From a virus (lineage: Duplodnaviria; Caudoviricetes), in IMG/VR virus record IMGVR_UViG_3300002301_000047, positions 1 through 29,663 of that record: a stretch of DNA of 29,663 nt; one strand, 5' to 3'. Positions 25,674 to 29,663 of the stretch are shown here, in pieces (positions within the stretch are counted from its first letter, which is position 1; every line of letters starts with the position of its first letter). The notes beneath the pieces are model-generated. The model was given only the letters and a program-made list of their open reading frames with translations, was not told the origin of the DNA and ran no database searches. Both the position numbers and the translations under genes were made by a program.

Positions 25674-26136
25674 TTTAATATTCAAACCACCTATGAACAT
25701 TGCTAAGAGGGACATGACTAAGAAATATGTCTTTTTAGCTGGTAGTATAGAGATGGGTAAGGCCGAAGACTGGCAAGCGGAAATGACTGAGTTCTTCAAC
25801 TTGCATGATTGGGGTGTATTTAATCCTAGACGTGATGATTGGGACCCAACATGGGTTCAAGACTTCGAGAATCCTCAATTTGCTCAACAAGTTAATTGGG
25901 AATTGAACGGCTTGGATAATGCGGATTTAATAATAATGAATTTTGTACCAAATACAATTTCACCAATATCTCTTTATGAGTTTGGCCGTTATTCAACTAG
26001 CGGTAAAATGTCAGTTGTTTGTCCAACTGGATATTTCAGAAAAGGTAATGTTGAAATTGGTTGTCACAAGGATAACTTACCATTATTTGAAAGTCTTAAA
26101 GATTTCAAAAAATATTTTGTTACAGTAACAAAATAA
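25666..26136 (+). CDS. Nucleoside 2-deoxyribosyltransferase-like protein
   Basis: VFLAGSIEMGKAEDWQ, FNPRRDDW, QVNWEL, SPISLYEFG. Confidence 0.85.
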   Translation: MDSLIFKPPMNIAKRDMTKKYVFLAGSIEMGKAEDWQAEMTEFFNLHDWGVFNPRRDDWDPTWVQDFENPQFAQQVNWELNGLDNADLIIMNFVPNTISPISLYEFGRYSTSGKMSVVCPTGYFRKGNVEIGCHKDNLPLFESLKDFKKYFVTVTK

Positions 26137-26164
26137 TCCGTATATTTGCATTAAATAAGTTGTT

Positions 26165-26344
26165 ATGAAGATTTATGTTGTTGAAGTTATTTTAGGTGCG
26201 CATAGTACATCAAAGCAATCAATAATTGCTGATAAGCTACTTACTTCAAATGGCTGTCATACCTTCTACGTTGATAACGAAATTTCATGTATCTTTCCTG
26301 TTGACAGAACAATTATTACATCAATCACATCGAGCAAAAGTTAG
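26165..26344 (+). CDS. Small hypothetical protein
   Basis: 59 aa own translation, after promoter at 26141. Confidence 0.6.
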   Translation: MKIYVVEVILGAHSTSKQSIIADKLLTSNGCHTFYVDNEISCIFPVDRTIITSITSSKS

Positions 26345-26346
26345 TC

Positions 26347-26415
26347 ATGGAAAAAGTTGGTTTTTATATTGGTTCATTTAATCCTTTTGCTAAAGCAATA
26401 AAAAATAATGAATAA
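26347..26415 (+). pseudogene. Remnant of an HxGH nucleotidyltransferase (NadD/NadM/CoaD-like)
   Basis: MEKVGFYIGSFNPF|AKAIKNNE*; breaks just before the HxGH motif. Confidence 0.6.
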
Positions 26416-26774
26416 TGAGTGATGAAATTAAAATTGATGAAGCTTATTGGTTTAATGATAAATTTTATTCTGATATTATAGGTATTGCTGAAGACCTTTT
26501 TCCTGATGAAGAAGAAATCAACGAGTTACCTGATGATTGGAGTATTGAAGTTGAAGTGCTTACTTTACAACCAGTTCATCAATTTACAATGGATGAATTA
26601 GTTGATAGAATTGATGAAAATCGTCTTCCAGATGAAGAATGGGACTATGATGATACGTTTGGTAAAGCTATGAAAGAAATTTTAGAATATATTAATCTAA
26701 AGATGCCAAAATATTTCTATACACAAAATAAAATGGTTACTATTACGGTTACTAAGCAAGATTTAATGATATGA
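26415..26774 (+). CDS. Acidic hypothetical protein
   Basis: 119 aa ORF. Confidence 0.72.
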   Translation: MSDEIKIDEAYWFNDKFYSDIIGIAEDLFPDEEEINELPDDWSIEVEVLTLQPVHQFTMDELVDRIDENRLPDEEWDYDDTFGKAMKEILEYINLKMPKYFYTQNKMVTITVTKQDLMI

Positions 26775-26938
26775 AAATGAAAAGAAGTTGGTGGTATGGT
26801 GTAGCATGGTCTTTTTGGCTAGGTTATTGGCTTGGTAATTTAGGCTGTGATGCAACACATTTAAAGTTTTGGTATATATTTGTACCAGTAGTAATATTAG
26901 CTGATTTGGAAGCTAAGGAAAGAAAAAAAGATAACTAA
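26771..26938 (+). CDS. Small Trp-rich membrane protein
   Basis: 55 aa, overlaps both neighbours (ATGA, TAATG). Confidence 0.6.
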   Translation: MKMKRSWWYGVAWSFWLGYWLGNLGCDATHLKFWYIFVPVVILADLEAKERKKDN

Positions 26939-27654
26939 TGACATACAAAGTTTACATACAATCGGTTAACAATTTCCCAATATCAGATTGGGCGGTATCA
27001 GCATATCTTGGGTTTAAAGAGAAACAAATGAATATTATCTTCTTTGAAGACATTGAAGAAGTTCCAGTTTCAAAGTTTAATATTGTTGTTGCGTATATTG
27101 AGGACACTAATAAATACCTAGCTAAGTTGGGTCTTGGTCCTAAAACGGCATTGAACATACCTGATGAATTATTAAAGTATGCTGGCCGTGAGGTTAGATA
27201 TATGACTATGGGTGAATTTAAAAAAGAAACTAAGGTTCCAATTTTTGTTAAACCTAATAGACGTAGTAAAGAATTTGGTGCTGGTGTAATAACTAAGTTA
27301 TCTAGTAAAACAATTTTTTTTGATGAAGTTGAAGATGATACGCCTGTATTGGTATCTGAGGTTGTGGATTTTGTATCAGAATATCGTGGTTATGTCATTA
27401 ATCGTGAGTTAAAGGGTATTAAGCATTATCTTGGTGATTTTAGAGTATTCCCAGATATGAAGATTGTGGATGCGGCAATTGCTGATTATAAGACACAAAC
27501 TGCTGGTTATTCAATTGATTTTGGTATCACTAGTGATGGGAGAACTCTATTGGTAGAGTGCAACGATGGTTTTTCACTTGGCAATTATGGGCTTGAAGAC
27601 ACTACATATTCAACTTTACTTACTAGAAGATGGTTAGAAATGATGAAAAACTAA
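26938..27654 (+). CDS. ATP-grasp protein (DUF4343/R2K-like)
   Basis: PIFVKP, SEVVDFVSEYR, YSIDFG, LLVECNDGFSLGNYG. Confidence 0.8.
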   Translation: MTYKVYIQSVNNFPISDWAVSAYLGFKEKQMNIIFFEDIEEVPVSKFNIVVAYIEDTNKYLAKLGLGPKTALNIPDELLKYAGREVRYMTMGEFKKETKVPIFVKPNRRSKEFGAGVITKLSSKTIFFDEVEDDTPVLVSEVVDFVSEYRGYVINRELKGIKHYLGDFRVFPDMKIVDAAIADYKTQTAGYSIDFGITSDGRTLLVECNDGFSLGNYGLEDTTYSTLLTRRWLEMMKN

Positions 27655-27728
27655 CTTACCTAAACATGAACCGTTAATTAAAATTGGTTAAAAATTGTCT
27701 TTTTATTATTTTCATGATATTTATTATT

Positions 27729-28463
27729 ATGAAAGCAATATATGGTATAATAAATAAAATTAATGGTAATAAATATGTTGGGTCAGCCATTGATTTTTAT
27801 AAACGAAAAAAAAGACATATTTGGGAATTAAATGGTGGTTTTCACCATTCAAATATTTTACAAAAAGCGTGGAATAAGTATGGTTCTGATGTATTTGAAT
27901 TCTTAGTGCTAGAGGAGGTTCAAGAAAAAGAAAATCTGATTGTCAGAGAACAATGGTGGATTGATAATTCAAATTCTAAATATAATGTTTGCAAAACAGC
28001 TGGTAATACTTTAGGTCGATTATGTTCACTTGAAACTCGTAAAAAAATTTCTTTAAAAAATAGTCAACCTAGGACAAAAGGTCAAATATTAGGGCAAAAA
28101 AATAGACGAAAACCTGTTGACCAGTATGATTTATATTGTAATTTTATTAAAAGTTGGGAATCAACACAAGATGCTGGTGAGTTTTTACGTAAAAACCATA
28201 AAGCAATTATAGATGCGGCTAGTGGTAGATGTAATACAGCGTTTGGTTTTAGGTGGGCATATAAGGGTGAATCATTAAAAGAGGTTAAAAGAAATAATTG
28301 GAAATACATTTATCAATTTAATTTGAATGGTGAATATATCCGTGAATGGTATACAATTCAAGAAGCGGCAAATTATTATGGTATTAACAACTGTTGTATT
28401 GTTGATTGTGCTAAAGGTAATCAGAAAACAAGTGTTGGGTTTATTTGGCGATATGAAAAATAG
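27729..28463 (+). CDS. GIY-YIG homing endonuclease with NUMOD repeats
   Basis: AIYGIINKINGNKYVGSA...LQKAWNKYG...REQWWID...YNV. Confidence 0.88.
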   Translation: MKAIYGIINKINGNKYVGSAIDFYKRKKRHIWELNGGFHHSNILQKAWNKYGSDVFEFLVLEEVQEKENLIVREQWWIDNSNSKYNVCKTAGNTLGRLCSLETRKKISLKNSQPRTKGQILGQKNRRKPVDQYDLYCNFIKSWESTQDAGEFLRKNHKAIIDAASGRCNTAFGFRWAYKGESLKEVKRNNWKYIYQFNLNGEYIREWYTIQEAANYYGINNCCIVDCAKGNQKTSVGFIWRYEK

Positions 28464-28556
28464 TGTAATGACGGTTGGTCTCTTGGAAACTATGGTCTTG
28501 ACGATACAACCTATTCAACGCTATTAACTAAGCGTTGGTTGGAAATGATGAAATAA
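28464..28556 (+). pseudogene. Displaced duplicate 3' end of the ATP-grasp gene
   Basis: CNDGWSLGNYGLDDTTYSTLLTKRWLEMMK* versus CNDGFSLGNYGLEDTTYSTLLTRRWLEMMKN* at 27559-27654. Confidence 0.92.
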
Positions 28557-28563
28557 AGTTATT

Positions 28564-28759
28564 AGGAGTAAGGGAAACCTAAAGAAAAAGTAGCAAGTAG
28601 TTAATGTGAAGTTTGTAGGACAGAAACTATACTTAACAGTATAGATAAAGATAGGAATTGAGATTGGGTACCCCTGAATACAAACCGCTGTTATTGATTT
28701 TTCAGAAGTAGGGCTTCACCGCCTAAAAACGATTTATTGTATTAGCAGAAAATACTCCT
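28564..28759 (+). ncRNA. Candidate structured RNA
   Basis: Nested pairings AGGAGTA/TACTCCT, GTGAAG/CTTCAC, GTTTGTA/TACAAAC, CTATACT/AGTATAG. Confidence 0.4.
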
Positions 28760-28797
28760 TTTTTGTAAATTATTAATTAACATAAAAAAAAACAGTT

Positions 28798-29253
28798 ATG
28801 AGTTTATTGAGTTTTGCCATATTTGGCAGTTGGGTTTGGGCAGCAATTTTTGCTGGCATTCTATTGATTTTGTTATTTACGTCTGAGGCATTAGAACAAG
28901 GGTTTATTGCTCTGGTATCTTTTGTGGTGTTCTTATTGATTAACCACTTCTGGGGTAACATTCCAGTCTTCTCGTATTTAACGTGGGTTAACATTGGGGT
29001 TTATTTAGGCTTGGGCTTTGTATTCTCGATTTTTAGAGTATTCTTCTATGGTCGAAAACAAGCGAAAACTAATAGTAAGCCTAATTTAGCTAATCTTGGT
29101 GGTAATGTTTGTCGATGGTGGTTCCTTTGGCCAGTATCAGCGTTAGTTTGGATTTTATCAGACTTGGCGAAGAATCTTTGGGATTTCATCTATCAATTAT
29201 TGGGTCATGGTTTCGAGTATATCTTGGAATTAGGGTTCAGAAGTGCTAAGTAA
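28798..29253 (+). CDS. Multi-pass membrane protein
   Basis: About four hydrophobic segments. Confidence 0.8.
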   Translation: MSLLSFAIFGSWVWAAIFAGILLILLFTSEALEQGFIALVSFVVFLLINHFWGNIPVFSYLTWVNIGVYLGLGFVFSIFRVFFYGRKQAKTNSKPNLANLGGNVCRWWFLWPVSALVWILSDLAKNLWDFIYQLLGHGFEYILELGFRSAK

Positions 29254-29311
29254 TTAAAAATAAATTTGGTGGAATGAAAATTCCACCTTATTTTTGTAAC
29301 GAATTAAAGGA

Positions 29312-29644
29312 ATGGAAAATTTAGAACTTTGTGATTGTGGTAAAGTAGCTGTGTGGTGTTACATGCCAGGTTTTCAAGATGGTAATTCCTTCGTCTGTGA
29401 TGATTGTATGTCCTCAACCGAAGATGTTGGTTGCTCATGTAACTGGCACTACTCTAAAGATGGTGACGGTGAACAACCAGAAGGTATTGAAGGAAAAGAT
29501 TGGCGATATGTAGAACATGCTGGCTCTGAGCATATGGGTGAGATAAAGAAAGAAGAGGGTATTTGGGTTAATTTGGACGACAGAGGTAGACCCTATCCTT
29601 GTGCTGAGTATTGGCATTCAAAAGAAGGTTTCGAAAAAGATTAA
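29312..29644 (+). CDS. Cys-rich hypothetical protein
   Basis: CDCG, CDDC, GCSC, RPYPC. Confidence 0.78.
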   Translation: MENLELCDCGKVAVWCYMPGFQDGNSFVCDDCMSSTEDVGCSCNWHYSKDGDGEQPEGIEGKDWRYVEHAGSEHMGEIKKEEGIWVNLDDRGRPYPCAEYWHSKEGFEKD

Positions 29645-29663
29645 ATTTTAATTATATGTTTCC

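Noticed and set aside
1-29663. Genome-wide stop-codon reassignment (TAG as sense)
   Set aside because: Long genes are open in code 11, TAG ends plausible genes (25673, 26344, 28463), and no CUA tRNA is seen

Overview
AT-rich, densely coding, almost all plus-strand window that looks like a large (probably jumbo) phage of a Bacteroidota host. Evidence: 11 copies of TATATTTGCA matching the Bacteroidota -7 promoter element, A-rich leaders without Shine-Dalgarno sequences, and many free-standing homing endonucleases. Left half (0.4-12 kb) is a translation-support locus: a Pth2-like gene with an in-frame amber at codon 5, a CCA-adding enzyme, a tRNA array (Asp, Ala, Phe, Glu) mixed with tRNA-like RNAs with remodelled or missing anticodon arms, and a mini alanyl-tRNA synthetase whose N-terminus is split by a -1 frameshift. 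The best candidate for a new system is just upstream of the array: a 28-codon leader peptide whose core codons (F/D/E/A) match the downstream tRNAs, plus a terminator/antiterminator pair, i.e. a possible translation-sensing attenuator for phage tRNAs. Right half holds NAD/nucleotide salvage genes (NadR-like P-loop protein, Nudix, Nampt-like, Prs, deoxyribosyltransferase-like), endonucleases with duplicated target-gene ends, and deletion remnants. All family assignments are by-eye motif recognition; no searches or folding programs were run.
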